A stretch of 61,745 nucleotides of DNA, counting the filler, from Sphacelaria rigidula (lineage: Eukaryota), in the NCBI GenBank assembly GCA_964200075.2. It is 10 parts of 10 records of this genome, joined end to end, with 100 filler letters (N's around TTAATTAATTAA, not from the genome) between each part and the next. Parts side by side here need not be neighbours in the genome. Positions count along the whole stretch, not along the records: positions 55,662 to 61,745 come from CAXNAA020022347.1; 9 more parts are not named here. One strand, written 5' to 3'. Position numbers and translations under genes: made by a program. Shown piece after piece: positions 61,691 to 61,745 of the stretch. Below the pieces are notes generated by a model. That model was not told where the DNA came from. It searched no databases and saw only the letters and a program-made list of their open reading frames with translations. The first letter of the stretch is position 1, and every line of letters starts with the position of its first letter.

Positions 61691-61745
61691 CTCGAAAATA
61701 TGTATGTCGGGGGGGGGGGGGGGGGGCCCACTTGTTTGCTTTTGT

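Overview
Eukaryotic, intron-rich and repeat-rich DNA, most likely a brown alga (Phaeophyceae). This is inferred from the exon style, a 72-nt LRR exon and WVDD-type Ty3/gypsy elements. The window is not one locus. It is ten contigs of 6085 bp (x5) and 6084 bp (x5) joined by identical 100-nt spacers (N44-TTAATTAATTAA-N44), i.e. a length-sorted concatenation, so nothing should be linked across gaps. Spliced gene fragments were reconstructed by hand: the last exon of bystin, a Maf-family NTP pyrophosphatase with a GC-AG intron, a CEP164-like WW plus DM10-like protein, the 3' end of a CHORD protein, one RCC1 exon, one isolated 72-nt LRR exon and a 4-exon LRR gene. Mobile DNA includes three degenerate Ty3/gypsy elements (one with both LTRs, a TSD and an internal deletion), an RTE-type LINE, fragments of a second LINE, several SINE families, many MITEs and a 43-bp minisatellite with higher-order structure. 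Two observations stand out. (1) A 526-bp non-coding element at 54335-54860 has two 90-bp near-perfect palindromes as ends, each feeding an inward-facing tRNA-like Pol III promoter, with TGTGACG...CGTCACA termini and a 4-bp TSD like the gypsy element at 25794-29727. (2) A LINE/SINE pair whose copies end in poly(C) rather than poly(A) and stack head-to-tail at C-runs.
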